Shown piece by piece: positions 8,393-17,231 of a DNA stretch of 27,333 nucleotides. How positions within the stretch are numbered: position 1 is the first letter of the stretch; every line of letters starts with the position of its first letter. This DNA is from Candidatus Limnocylindria bacterium (GTDB lineage: Bacteria > Chloroflexota > Limnocylindria > QHBO01): NCBI GenBank assembly GCA_035701385.1, contig DASSNI010000140.1:1-27333 (forward strand), given 5' to 3'. The notes under the pieces are model-generated. The model was not told the DNA's origin, made no database searches, and saw only the letters and a list, made by a program, of their open reading frames with translations. A program made the translations under genes and the position numbers.

Positions 8393-9166
8393 ATGCGGAT
8401 TGCCGTCATCTCCGATATCCACGCCAACCTCCCCGCGCTGCGGGCGGTCATCGAGGACGTGACCTCCATCGGCTGCGACGCGGTGTGGTGCGCCGGCGAC
8501 CTGGTGGGCCGCGGGCCGCACCCGAACGAGGTGGTGGAGGAGATGCGCCGGCTGGCCGTTCCCTGCGTGCAGGGCAACTGGGACGAGGCGGTCGGCATGG
8601 GACGCGAGGTCACCGGCAGCATCTGGGCATCCCCGGAGGCGGAGGCGGATGGCTACGCCTCGCTGGCCTGGACCGCGTCCCGCATCAGCGAGGAGAACCT
8701 CTCCTGGCTGCGGCAGCTGCCGGCCACCATCCGCCTCGAGGTGGAGGGACGCACCGCTCTGCTGTTCCACGGCACCCCGCTGAAGCAGAACGAGTACCTG
8801 TGGGAGGATCGGCCGTCGCGCTACTTCGCCCGCATCGCCAGCGACGAGGGTGACGACGTGTTCTGCTTCGGCCACACGCACCAGACCTTCCACCGTGCCA
8901 TGAGCCAGGCGCACTTCGTGGCGGCAGGCTCGGTCGGCTGCGGCGGCGAGGGCGATGGACGCGCGCGCTACGCGGTGCTGTACATGACCGAGACCGACGT
9001 GGTGGTCGGCTTCCGCAGCGTCGAGTACGACCAGGCGGCCGTTGGCCGCGACATGGCAGCGGCCGGGCTCCCGCTGGAGCTGCTCACTGTCGCACCGGTG
9101 CCGCACCCGCTGGTCGACCCCGGCACGGTGGTGCCCAGCGTCCTGGAGGCCGGCGCCGGAGCCTAG
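8393..9166 (+). CDS. Calcineurin-like metallophosphoesterase (YfcE/MJ0936-related), 257 aa
   Basis: SDIHAN, GDLVG, GNWD, FHGTP and FGHTH metal-binding motifs. Confidence 0.9.
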   Translation: MRIAVISDIHANLPALRAVIEDVTSIGCDAVWCAGDLVGRGPHPNEVVEEMRRLAVPCVQGNWDEAVGMGREVTGSIWASPEAEADGYASLAWTASRISEENLSWLRQLPATIRLEVEGRTALLFHGTPLKQNEYLWEDRPSRYFARIASDEGDDVFCFGHTHQTFHRAMSQAHFVAAGSVGCGGEGDGRARYAVLYMTETDVVVGFRSVEYDQAAVGRDMAAAGLPLELLTVAPVPHPLVDPGTVVPSVLEAGAGA

Positions 9167-9175
9167 CCGCTCCCT

Positions 9176-10243
9176 CTAGGCCGCCTTCGACTCTCGCTCG
9201 TACGGCTGGCCCACGGCCTTGGGCGCGATGCTGCGGCCCACCACGCCCGCCAGCACGATGATCGTGATCAGGTATGGCAGCGCGCTGTAGAACTGCAGCG
9301 GGATACCGGTCAGGAAGTCGCCCAACGCGCCCTCCGGCGCGGTGAACCGGATGGAGCGCTCCAGTCCGGTTGACGTCGCGAACAGCAGCGCCGCACCGAA
9401 GGCGCCGACCGGCGTCCAGCGCCCGAAGATCAGAGCGGCCAGCGCGATGAAGCCACGGCCGGCCGTCATCTCGCCCTGGAAGGCGCTGCCGAACTCGATG
9501 GTCAGGTATGCGCCGGCGAGACCCGCGAATGCGCCGCCCAGGATGACGTTGCGGTAGCGCAGCCGGATGACGTCGATGCCCACCGTCTCCGCCGCCTTGG
9601 GATGCTCGCCGACAGCCCGGGTGCGCAGCCCCCAGCGGGAACGGAAGAGGAGCACCTGCAGCACGACCACGCTGATCAGCATGGTGAGGCCGATGGGCCC
9701 CACCCCCAGCAGGGCATCGAACAGCCAGCCGATGACCGGCAGGTCGCTGATGAAGCTGGGGAGAGTCCACTCCGTAAAGCTGCCGGCCGACGGTGGTGAG
9801 TGCTGGCTGATGAGCAGGTTCAGGTAGCTGGTGATGCCCACCGCAAAGATGTTGATGATCGTGCCGCTGATGATCTGATCGGCCCGCACGCTGATCGACA
9901 GCCAGGCGTGGAGCGCCGACACGAGCATGGCCGCGCCGATGGCGGCCACCAGCCCGATGAGCAGCGGCAGCGTGATGCCAAGCACGCCGAAGCTGACATT
10001 CGGCAGCAGCTGCGCGGCAATCGACGCCGACCACCAGGCCACGAAGGCGGCGGTCAGCATCATCCCCTCGATGCCGATGTTCACCACCCCGGATCGCTCG
10101 TTCATGAAGCCGCACAGCGATCCGAGGGCAATCGGCGTGGCTGCGGCAACGATGGTCCCGGAGAAGCCGGGCAGCTCCGTGACGAAGTAGACGACGAACT
10201 GGATGATCCAGCCCAGGACGGGAATGGCGTAGATGCCCTCCAT
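9176..10243 (-). CDS. Nucleoside/sugar ABC transporter permease (NupC/YufQ type), 355 aa
   Basis: ERSGVVNIGIEGMML, DQIISG..IN, GLRTRAVGEHP.AAETVGI and GRGFIALAA.IFGRW. Confidence 0.92.
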   Translation of the reverse strand: MEGIYAIPVLGWIIQFVVYFVTELPGFSGTIVAAATPIALGSLCGFMNERSGVVNIGIEGMMLTAAFVAWWSASIAAQLLPNVSFGVLGITLPLLIGLVAAIGAAMLVSALHAWLSISVRADQIISGTIINIFAVGITSYLNLLISQHSPPSAGSFTEWTLPSFISDLPVIGWLFDALLGVGPIGLTMLISVVVLQVLLFRSRWGLRTRAVGEHPKAAETVGIDVIRLRYRNVILGGAFAGLAGAYLTIEFGSAFQGEMTAGRGFIALAALIFGRWTPVGAFGAALLFATSTGLERSIRFTAPEGALGDFLTGIPLQFYSALPYLITIIVLAGVVGRSIAPKAVGQPYERESKAA

Positions 10244-10251
10244 CGGCTCGC

Positions 10252-11391
10252 CTACCTGCTCGCCTGCTCGCCGTACGAGCGGCTGACGGTCTGTAGCTCA
10301 CTGGACACGCCAGTGCCGGCCGTCCTGATGCGCAGCGTGCGGCGGACGATCAGCTCGGCTGCCAGGAAGAACAGGATGACGGCCTGCAGCACGCTCACCA
10401 TCTGTACCGGGACCTCGGCCTGCGCCTGCATGAGGCCCTGTCCGGCCTGCATCGCGCCGAACAGCAGCCCGGCGAAGAGGATCCCCACCGGATGGGCGCG
10501 GCCCAGCAGCGCGACCGCGATCGCGTCAAAGCCCACCGTCGTGCCGTACGAGGCCGGCAGGTAGCGCACCTCGCCCAGGATCTCGGTCGACCCCGCCACC
10601 CCGGCCAGCAGCCCGCACAGCGACATCGTCAGGATGGTGATCCACCGCGGATTCATGCCGGCGTAACGCGCCGCGTCCGGGTTGGCGCCCACGGTGCGGA
10701 TCTCGAACCCCGTCGTGCTTCGGAACAGGAGCCACCAGGCCAGCGGCACCGCGAGCGCGGCGAGGAGGAGCCCCAGGTGGCCGTTGCGCCCGACAACCGT
10801 GGGAAGCGCAGCGGCAACGATCTCGTCGGTGCGGGCGAAGGTGACGTTCGCGCCTCGCAGCGGGTCCGAGATGACCCAGCTCACCAGGTGGATCGCCACG
10901 AAGTTGAGCATGATCGTGGTCACGACCTCATGGGCGCCGGTGAACGCCTTCAGGGCGCCGGGCAGAAAGCCCCAGGCGAGCCCGCCGGCCATGCCGGCCA
11001 GCAGCGAGAGCGGCACCGCCACGAACGGCGAGGCGCCGTTGAGGGCGATAGCCACCATCGTCGAGGTCAATGCGCCAACCAGGAACTGTCCCTGGGCGCC
11101 GATGTTGAACAGGCCGCCCTTGAAGCCGATGCCGACCGCCAGCCCCGCCAGGATCAGCGGGCTGGCGTTGACCAGGGTGTTGACCAGGCTGTTCACCGAG
11201 CCGAAGGCGCCCTCCGCCAGGGCGCGGTAGGCGTTGATCGGGAGCAGGGGATCCCACCCATTGATCAGTGGGCTCGAGAGGATCATCAGCACGGCGCCGA
11301 TGACCAGCGCCAACAGGATCGAGATGAACGGCAGCAACATCACCGCCTTCGCACGATCCCAGGAGCGGCCGACCCGGCTGCGCTCGCTCAC
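10252..11391 (-). CDS. Nucleoside/sugar ABC transporter permease (NupB/YufP type), 379 aa
   Basis: GLFNIGAQGQ, HEVVTTIMLNF, GFEIRTVGANP.AARYAG and GFDAIAVALLG. The GTG start overlaps the upstream TGA by 4 nt. Confidence 0.92.
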   Translation of the reverse strand: MSERSRVGRSWDRAKAVMLLPFISILLALVIGAVLMILSSPLINGWDPLLPINAYRALAEGAFGSVNSLVNTLVNASPLILAGLAVGIGFKGGLFNIGAQGQFLVGALTSTMVAIALNGASPFVAVPLSLLAGMAGGLAWGFLPGALKAFTGAHEVVTTIMLNFVAIHLVSWVISDPLRGANVTFARTDEIVAAALPTVVGRNGHLGLLLAALAVPLAWWLLFRSTTGFEIRTVGANPDAARYAGMNPRWITILTMSLCGLLAGVAGSTEILGEVRYLPASYGTTVGFDAIAVALLGRAHPVGILFAGLLFGAMQAGQGLMQAQAEVPVQMVSVLQAVILFFLAAELIVRRTLRIRTAGTGVSSELQTVSRSYGEQASR

Positions 11392-12992
11392 GAGGCCTCC
11401 TCCAGGGTCTGCGGCTGCACACCGCCCTCGCGACCACCGGTGGCCATCAGCAGTCCGACGTCCTCCTTGTCGGCAGTCCGGCCGTCGAGCACGGCCACCA
11501 GCCGGCCGCCGAACATGACGCCGATGCGGTCGGACATCTCGAGAATCTCGTCCAGCTCGGCCGACACCAGCAGCGTGGCCACGCCGGTGTCGCGGCGCGC
11601 GATCGCCTGGCGATGGATGAACTCGATGCTCCCGACGTCCAGGCCCCGCGTCGGCTGGTCCAGGATCAGTGCCTTCAGCTCACCCTCGAACTCGCGGGCC
11701 ACCACGACCTTCTGCTGGTTGCCGCCGGACAGCGTCCCACCGGACACCTTGGCCGATGGGGTGCGGACGTCGTACTTCCGGATCGCCTCTTCCGCGTACG
11801 CCTGGACGGCCTCATCGTTCCGCCGCAAGCCCTCCGCGTACGGCCGGTGGTAGTAGTCGTTCAGCACCAGGTTGTCGGCCACCGAGAAGCTGAGCACCAT
11901 GCCGAAGCGGTGGCGATCGCCGGGCACGAAGGCCAGTCCCTGCCGGTGGAGCTGCCGCGGCGAGGCGTGGGTCACGTCGCGACCCGCCAGCCGGACGGTC
12001 CCACTGCTGGCGTGGCGCAGGCCGGTGAGTGCCTCGACCAGCTCGTCCTGGCCGTTGCCCGCCACGCCGGCGATGCCGAAGATCTCGCCGGCACGGACCT
12101 CGAAGCTGACGTCATGCACGACCTCGTGACCACGGTCGTCGCGCGCGCTGAGGTTGCTGACCGTGAGCACCGGTTCCGCGGGATGGCTCTCGCCGCGATC
12201 GACGGTCAACTCCACCTCGCGACCGACCATCAGCTCGGCCAGGTCCTCCTCGTCGGTCGCCTTGGGGTCGCGGCTGCCGACCACCTTGCCCCGCCGGATG
12301 ACGGTGATGGTGTCGGCCACCTCGAGCACTTCGTAGAGCTTGTGGCTGATGAAGATGATGGCGTAGCCCTCGGCCCGCAGCTTGCGCAGGACGCCGAAGA
12401 TCTCCTTCGTCTCCTGCGGAGTCAGCACGGCCGTCGGCTCGTCCAGCACGAGCAGTCGCGCGTTGCGGTACAGGGCCTTGAGAATCTCGACGCGCTGCTG
12501 CCAGCCGACCGACAGCGAGCCGACCGGCTTGTCCGGATCGATCTTCCACCCGAAGCGGTCGCCGAGCTCCCGAATGCGGCGGTGAGAGGCGGCTCGGTCG
12601 ACGAAGACGGGTCCCGCCATCGGCTCCTCGCCGAGCAGGATGTTCTCGGCCAACGACAGCACCGGCACCAGCATGAAGTGCTGATGGACCATGCTGATGC
12701 CGCGCTGGATGGCGTCATGCGGGCTGGCGATCTCGACCGGCTTGCCGTCGATCAGGATCTCGCCGGCGTCCGGCACGGCAAGGCCGTACAGGATGTTCAT
12801 GAGCGTGCTCTTGCCGGCGCCATTCTCGCCGAGCAGGGCGTGGATCTCGCCCTCCCGGACCCGGAGGTCGATGGCGTCGTTCGCGAGCACGCCCGGGTAG
12901 CGCTTGGTGATGCCGCGCATCTCGAGCACGGGCGCGGATCTCCCGCCCGCCGCCTCGGTTCGCTCAGTTGCCTGGTCGGCCACGCGAATCAC
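11388..12992 (-). CDS. Nucleoside/sugar ABC transporter ATP-binding protein with tandem NBDs (NupA/YufO type), about 534 aa
   Basis: GENGAGKST, SMVHQHFML, LSVG.QQRVEILK, LDEPT, LSGGNQQK and DQPTRGLD. GTG start at 12992 or 12983. Confidence 0.93.
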   Translation of the reverse strand: MIRVADQATERTEAAGGRSAPVLEMRGITKRYPGVLANDAIDLRVREGEIHALLGENGAGKSTLMNILYGLAVPDAGEILIDGKPVEIASPHDAIQRGISMVHQHFMLVPVLSLAENILLGEEPMAGPVFVDRAASHRRIRELGDRFGWKIDPDKPVGSLSVGWQQRVEILKALYRNARLLVLDEPTAVLTPQETKEIFGVLRKLRAEGYAIIFISHKLYEVLEVADTITVIRRGKVVGSRDPKATDEEDLAELMVGREVELTVDRGESHPAEPVLTVSNLSARDDRGHEVVHDVSFEVRAGEIFGIAGVAGNGQDELVEALTGLRHASSGTVRLAGRDVTHASPRQLHRQGLAFVPGDRHRFGMVLSFSVADNLVLNDYYHRPYAEGLRRNDEAVQAYAEEAIRKYDVRTPSAKVSGGTLSGGNQQKVVVAREFEGELKALILDQPTRGLDVGSIEFIHRQAIARRDTGVATLLVSAELDEILEMSDRIGVMFGGRLVAVLDGRTADKEDVGLLMATGGREGGVQPQTLEEAS

Positions 12993-13003
12993 CCGGATAG
13001 TCG

Positions 13004-13037
13004 TGAGCGGACCGGCCCAAGTGGACCGGCCCGCTCA
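13004..13037 (-). terminator. Strong intercistronic stem-loop (mRNA stabiliser or attenuator) between the BMP and ATPase genes
   Basis: Minus-strand RNA UGAGCGGGCCGGUCC-ACUU-GGGCCGGUCCGCUCA forms 15 bp with two G-U pairs. No U-tract follows. Confidence 0.6.
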
Positions 13038-13066
13038 TGAATTGCTGCCGTTGCGTCAGACCCGGC

Positions 13067-14254
13067 TCAGGTGCCCGGATCCTCCGTGCCGGCGTAGCAC
13101 TTGTTCGAGGGCTGGCACGGATCCAGGTCGCCCGAGCCCATCTGGTCGAAGGCGTCGCTCACCGCCGTCTTGATGGCGTCGGTGATGACGTTGCCGTCGA
13201 ACTGGTAGTACGGGGCCACGCCCACGCCGTCGTTGTCGGCGCCGTAGAAGACGTTGCCGGACCGGGCGCCATCGCCAGCGAAGGCCTGGATGCCCTCGGT
13301 GACCGCCTTGGTCAGGTGCTTCTCCGCGCTGGTGACGATGCACTCGGCCTGGTCGTGGGTGGACTGCCACTGGTCGACGTCCACGCCGATGCCGTAGATG
13401 CCGGCCGCTTCGACCGACTGCAGGATGCCGTTTCCGGTCTTGCCGGCGACCTGGAACATGACGTCCACGTCGTCGTTCTGGGACAGGAACTGGTCAGCGA
13501 ACGACTTGCCGGTTGTCGGGTCGTTGAACGCGACTGCCAGGTCGTTCGACACGTACTTCAGGTCGACCGTGATGTCGGGCTTGACGCTCTTGGCGCCATT
13601 CTCGTAGCCGCGCATGTAGTTCACGACCGGAGGAATGGTGCCCGAGCCGCCGATGGCGGCGATGTGACCGCTCTGCGAGATGCTGGCGGCCACGATGCCG
13701 GCCAGGTAGCCGGCCTGCGCCTCGTTGAAGATAACGCTCTCGTAGTTGTCGAGGCCCGCGCCGGCAGCCACGTCGTCGCCGGCCTGGAACTGGTCGACGC
13801 CGATGAAGTGGACGTCCGGGTTGTCCTGCGCGGCCTTGAGGGTCGCCTCACCCAGCGCGAAGCCGACTGTCACGATCAGGGTGAAGTCGTCGTCGATCAG
13901 GGTGTTGATGTTCGTGGCGTAGTCGGCCGAGTTGGTCGTCACGATCGCGCGGGGCTCCGCGGCGCCGATCGCGATGGCGCCCTGCTGCGCGCCGAGCCAG
14001 CTGTACTCGTTGAAGTTCTTGTCATCGAGCGTGCCGACGTCGGTCACGAGGCCGATCTTCGCGTCGCTGGTGCCGCTGGCCGCCGGCGCCGAGGGCTGGA
14101 CTCCTGTCAGGTTGCCAACCGTCCGGCACAGGCCCTTGCCGGCGCTGATGACTTCGCCGGCGGTACCTCCGCCGCCTCCGGGCGTACAGGCCGAGACCAC
14201 GAGCATGGCCGTGAGCAGGGCTCCGAGGCCTGCGTACCGTCGATGCATCCGCAT
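13067..14254 (-). CDS. BMP family (PnrA/TmpC-like) purine-nucleoside-binding lipoprotein, 395 aa
   Basis: Lipobox VSAC, KIGLVTDVGTLDDKNFNE, EAQAGYLAG, YMRGYENGA, QVAGKTG.G, IGVDVDQ and TSAEK. SD GAAGGAG lies 5 nt before ATG 14254. Confidence 0.92.
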   Translation of the reverse strand: MRMHRRYAGLGALLTAMLVVSACTPGGGGGTAGEVISAGKGLCRTVGNLTGVQPSAPAASGTSDAKIGLVTDVGTLDDKNFNEYSWLGAQQGAIAIGAAEPRAIVTTNSADYATNINTLIDDDFTLIVTVGFALGEATLKAAQDNPDVHFIGVDQFQAGDDVAAGAGLDNYESVIFNEAQAGYLAGIVAASISQSGHIAAIGGSGTIPPVVNYMRGYENGAKSVKPDITVDLKYVSNDLAVAFNDPTTGKSFADQFLSQNDDVDVMFQVAGKTGNGILQSVEAAGIYGIGVDVDQWQSTHDQAECIVTSAEKHLTKAVTEGIQAFAGDGARSGNVFYGADNDGVGVAPYYQFDGNVITDAIKTAVSDAFDQMGSGDLDPCQPSNKCYAGTEDPGT

Positions 14255-14350
14255 GGATACTCCTTCACCCCTTCCGGGGACTCCTCCGTCGCCGGTGCAC
14301 TGAGGCACGGGCACAGCCGGCCTGGGCGTGTCGCCGGCCGAATCTGGCGC

Positions 14351-14380
14351 ATCATACTGCCCAGTCAATCCCCGCCTCAA
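14351..14380 (-). promoter_or_regulatory. Putative sigma-A promoter of the BMP/ABC operon
   Basis: Minus strand TTGAGG (14380-14375), 18 nt, TATGAT (14356-14351), in a locally AT-richer divergent intergenic region. Confidence 0.45.
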
Positions 14381-14428
14381 GATTATTCGGCAGTCCCTGA
14401 GCCGCCCTGTTGGCAGGCGGGCGGCCCG

Positions 14429-14434
14429 TATGAT
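14429..14434 (+). promoter_or_regulatory. -10 hexamer TATGAT, leaderless-type, for the HAD gene
   Basis: TANNNT 6 nt before ATG 14441, with no SD. Confidence 0.6.
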
Positions 14435-14440
14435 CCCGGC

Positions 14441-15295
14441 ATGGCCAGCGCTCCCGGCCGGGTCCCTCGGCTCGTCATCTTCGACCTCGACGGAGTCGTG
14501 TATCGCGGCGACCAGCCGGTCCCCGGCGCCTCCGCGCTGGTGGCCGCCCTGCATGCCGCCGGCAGCCTGGTGCGCTTCGCGACGAACAACTCCATGTCCA
14601 CCCGAGGGGCCTACGTCGAGCGGCTGGCGGGGCAGGGGATCGGGGCCGGCGTCGAGGAGATCGTGACCTCCACCTGGGCGACGGTCGAGCACCTGCAGGC
14701 CCATGAGCCGTCGGTGCGGCGCGTCCTGGCGGTGGGAGCCGATGGGATGCTCGACGAGCTGCGGGCCGCAGGCCTCACGGCGACCTACGCGGGGGACGCG
14801 GCGCCGGCCGAGTGGTGGGGAGAGCCGCTCCTCGAGCGCTACGACGCGGTGGTCGCCGGACTCGACCCGCGCATCGACTACCGCACGCTGGGAGTGGCCG
14901 CCACCGCCATCCGGCAGGGCGCCCGCTTCATCGCCACCAATGCCGATGTGCGCTACCCGGTGCCGGACGGCTTCGTGCCCGGCGCCGGCACCATCGTCGC
15001 CGCCCTGCAGACGGCGTCCGGCGCCGAGCCGCTCATCATCGGCAAGCCGCAGCCGGCGATGTTCGGGGCCATCCTGGAGGCCGCCGGCGTGCCTGCCAGC
15101 GAAGCGTTGGTCATCGGCGACAACCCGGATGCGGATGTCGTCGCCGCTCGACGGGCGGGCATCCCGGTGATCCTGGTGCTGACCGGCATCGCCGATGCGG
15201 GCCACGCCGCGAGCCTGGACGGTGATCGGCGGCCGGACTGGGTGGCGCGCGATCCGGCGGAGGTGGCCTCCCTCCTCGGGCTGTCGATCAGCTGA
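14441..15295 (+). CDS. HAD-IIA hydrolase, NagD-like (nucleotide/sugar monophosphatase), 284 aa
   Basis: FDLDGV, FATNNS, FIATNAD, PGAG, IIGKP, VIGDNPDADV and VLTG. Start ATG 14441. Confidence 0.92.
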   Translation: MASAPGRVPRLVIFDLDGVVYRGDQPVPGASALVAALHAAGSLVRFATNNSMSTRGAYVERLAGQGIGAGVEEIVTSTWATVEHLQAHEPSVRRVLAVGADGMLDELRAAGLTATYAGDAAPAEWWGEPLLERYDAVVAGLDPRIDYRTLGVAATAIRQGARFIATNADVRYPVPDGFVPGAGTIVAALQTASGAEPLIIGKPQPAMFGAILEAAGVPASEALVIGDNPDADVVAARRAGIPVILVLTGIADAGHAASLDGDRRPDWVARDPAEVASLLGLSIS

Positions 15296-16328
15296 TGCCC
15301 GCCCACGATCGCCACGCGAGCTCCGCGTCATCGGCTGCCGCCCGCAGGAAGGCGTGGGGCCCGAAGCCGGCGCGAAAGCCGTTGACCGCGATCGCGATCA
15401 GCTCGGCGGGCTCCAGCCGCTGTGCCGCGGCCACGTTGGCCATCTCGTCGCTGAGCGTGGTGCCGGTCACCGTCAGGTCGTCGGTCGAGACGGTGACGCT
15501 GACCCCGGCGCGGTGGAGGGTGGCCAGCGGGTGCGCCTCCAGCGAGGCCACCAACCCGGCCTGGACGTTGCTCGTCGGGCACAGGTCCAGGGTGACGCCG
15601 CGCTCCCGAACGGCGGCCATCAGCTCCGGATCGTCCGCTGCCGTCGCCCCGTGGGCTATGCGTCGCACGCCCAGGTTCAGCGCGTCGCGCACGTGCTCCG
15701 AGCCGGGCACCTCACCGGCATGCGCGGTGAGCGCCAGCCCGCCGTCCTCCGCGGCCCGGAAGGCGGCCGCGTGGGGTGGGGCCGGATACGTGGCCTCGGG
15801 GCCGGCCAGGTCGAAGCCCACCACCGGCCGGCCGAAGGCGGCGGCCGTGCGCGCCAGCTCGACGTTGGCCCCGGGAGGGTGCGACCGCATGGCGGTCACG
15901 ATCAGCGCCACCAGCGTCTGGTTTCCAGTGCGAGCCACTCCGTCCGCCGTGCCCGCTGCCACCGCCTCGATGACGTCGTGGACGCCGAGGCCCGCATCCA
16001 GGTGCAGTCGCGGCGCCCAGCGCACCTCCGCGTACCGGATGCCGTCTGCCGCCAGGTCCTCGACGAGCTCGGCGGCGACACGATGCAGCGCCTCGGCGCT
16101 CTGCAGCAGCGCAATCGGCAGGTCGAAGTAGGTGAGCAGCTCCGCCTGGTCGTGGCAGCGTGGCGGGGCCACCATGCGGTGCCGCGCCTCGTCGGCGTTC
16201 AGCGGGATGCCGGCGGCCGCGGCGAGGTCCACCGCCGTGGCCGGTCGCATCGACCCGTCCAGGTGCTGGTGCAGCTCGGCCTTGGGGAGCGCCCGCAGCT
16301 CGGCGGCCGTGGGCGGCCAGGATCCCAT
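15288..16328 (-). CDS. add: Adenosine deaminase, canonical motifs, 346 aa
   Basis: LPKAELHQHLDGS, YAEVRWAP, DLAGPE, HAGE, RIAHG, CPTSN and STDD. Start ATG 16328. Overlaps the convergent HAD gene by 8 nt. Confidence 0.9.
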   Translation of the reverse strand: MGSWPPTAAELRALPKAELHQHLDGSMRPATAVDLAAAAGIPLNADEARHRMVAPPRCHDQAELLTYFDLPIALLQSAEALHRVAAELVEDLAADGIRYAEVRWAPRLHLDAGLGVHDVIEAVAAGTADGVARTGNQTLVALIVTAMRSHPPGANVELARTAAAFGRPVVGFDLAGPEATYPAPPHAAAFRAAEDGGLALTAHAGEVPGSEHVRDALNLGVRRIAHGATAADDPELMAAVRERGVTLDLCPTSNVQAGLVASLEAHPLATLHRAGVSVTVSTDDLTVTGTTLSDEMANVAAAQRLEPAELIAIAVNGFRAGFGPHAFLRAAADDAELAWRSWAGIS

Positions 16329-16334
16329 CGGCAA

Positions 16335-16340
16335 ATGATA
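16335..16340 (-). promoter_or_regulatory. -10 hexamer TATCAT, leaderless-type, for add
   Basis: TANNNT on the minus strand 6 nt before ATG 16328. Confidence 0.6.
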
Positions 16341-17231
16341 GGAGGCGGCCGTCGCCCGGGATGGCATCGAGGCCTCGGCGTGGCCGCCGCCCTGATGCTG
16401 GGCGCAATCCTGGCCGCGCGCCCGGCGTCCGCGGATGCCGCCGACCCATCGCGAGCCGCGGAGCGTCACGCCGTGGCATCCGCCACGGCCCAGCGCGCGC
16501 AGGACCGGCTGGAACTCCTCGTTGCCGAGATCGAGGCGGCGATCGACGCGGGACGGCAAGGGTCGGCATTGATCATCGAGGGCGACGAGGACCCCGCTCC
16601 TTCCCTGCAGCAGGCTGCCGACGCCGCCGCGCGCGGAGAGAGCCTCGCCGCCGACGCGCGGGCCGCCCTGCAGGAGCTGGGCGGCATGCTGCGCAGTGTC
16701 GCGCCGGACCGGTCGCTGCCCGGTGGCGTCAGCCGCCTGGCATTGTCGGGAGTGGACACGCAGCTGGCGGACGCGGCCGCCGCGGCCGGTTCGTTCGTCG
16801 AGCGCCGGCACGCCGCCGCGGAGACACTCGACGCGCTCGCCCGCGCCCTGGACTCCCTGGACGACGACGACCCCGCCGCCGCTCTCGACGAGCTCGCGAC
16901 GGCGAGGGAGGCGCGCCGGGTGGTCGCGGCGTGGCCGGAGGCCCCGCCGGTGCTCCCACTGTGGCTGCGCACCACGCGCGCCATGCTGGGCGCAGCGCGC
17001 GACATCGCCACCGCGGCGCTGGATCACGACGCGGCCGCGGCCGCGGAGGCGGGCCGCCGGTACCGGCGCGCCGCGGATGGGGCGCGGCAGGCCGACACGG
17101 CACTCGCCCTGGCAATCTCGGAAACGGGAGGTTCGCTGGCCTCCACCCCCCTCGCTCGCCTGGCCGATGCGCTGGCCAAGGCACATGAGGCGCAGGCGGC
17201 GGTGGCATCGGTCCTGCAGATGGACCGGTGA
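16335..17231 (+). CDS. Hypothetical secreted or membrane-anchored Ala-rich all-helical protein, about 298 aa (start uncertain: 16335, 16380 or 16395)
   Basis: C-terminal part of ORF 15195..17231. Signal-like N-terminus (RGLGVAAALMLGAILAARPASA) followed by amphipathic helices. The stop overlaps the kinase start (GTGA). Confidence 0.65.
   Translation: MIGGGRRPGWHRGLGVAAALMLGAILAARPASADAADPSRAAERHAVASATAQRAQDRLELLVAEIEAAIDAGRQGSALIIEGDEDPAPSLQQAADAAARGESLAADARAALQELGGMLRSVAPDRSLPGGVSRLALSGVDTQLADAAAAAGSFVERRHAAAETLDALARALDSLDDDDPAAALDELATAREARRVVAAWPEAPPVLPLWLRTTRAMLGAARDIATAALDHDAAAAAEAGRRYRRAADGARQADTALALAISETGGSLASTPLARLADALAKAHEAQAAVASVLQMDR

Noticed and set aside
14255-14345. Possible purine riboswitch in the BMP operon leader
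   Set aside because: The purine-riboswitch core sequences are not present. Only short GC stems and a CCCC-GGAA-GGGG hairpin next to the SD, which is not enough to call an element.
13037-17231. Very long ORF-track calls 13037..15295, 13067..15331, 15195..17231 and 15288..17186 that could look like fusion proteins
   Set aside because: Each is a real gene plus a stop-free upstream extension running antisense through its neighbour. SD or -10 signals place the true starts at 14441, 14254, about 16335 and 16328.
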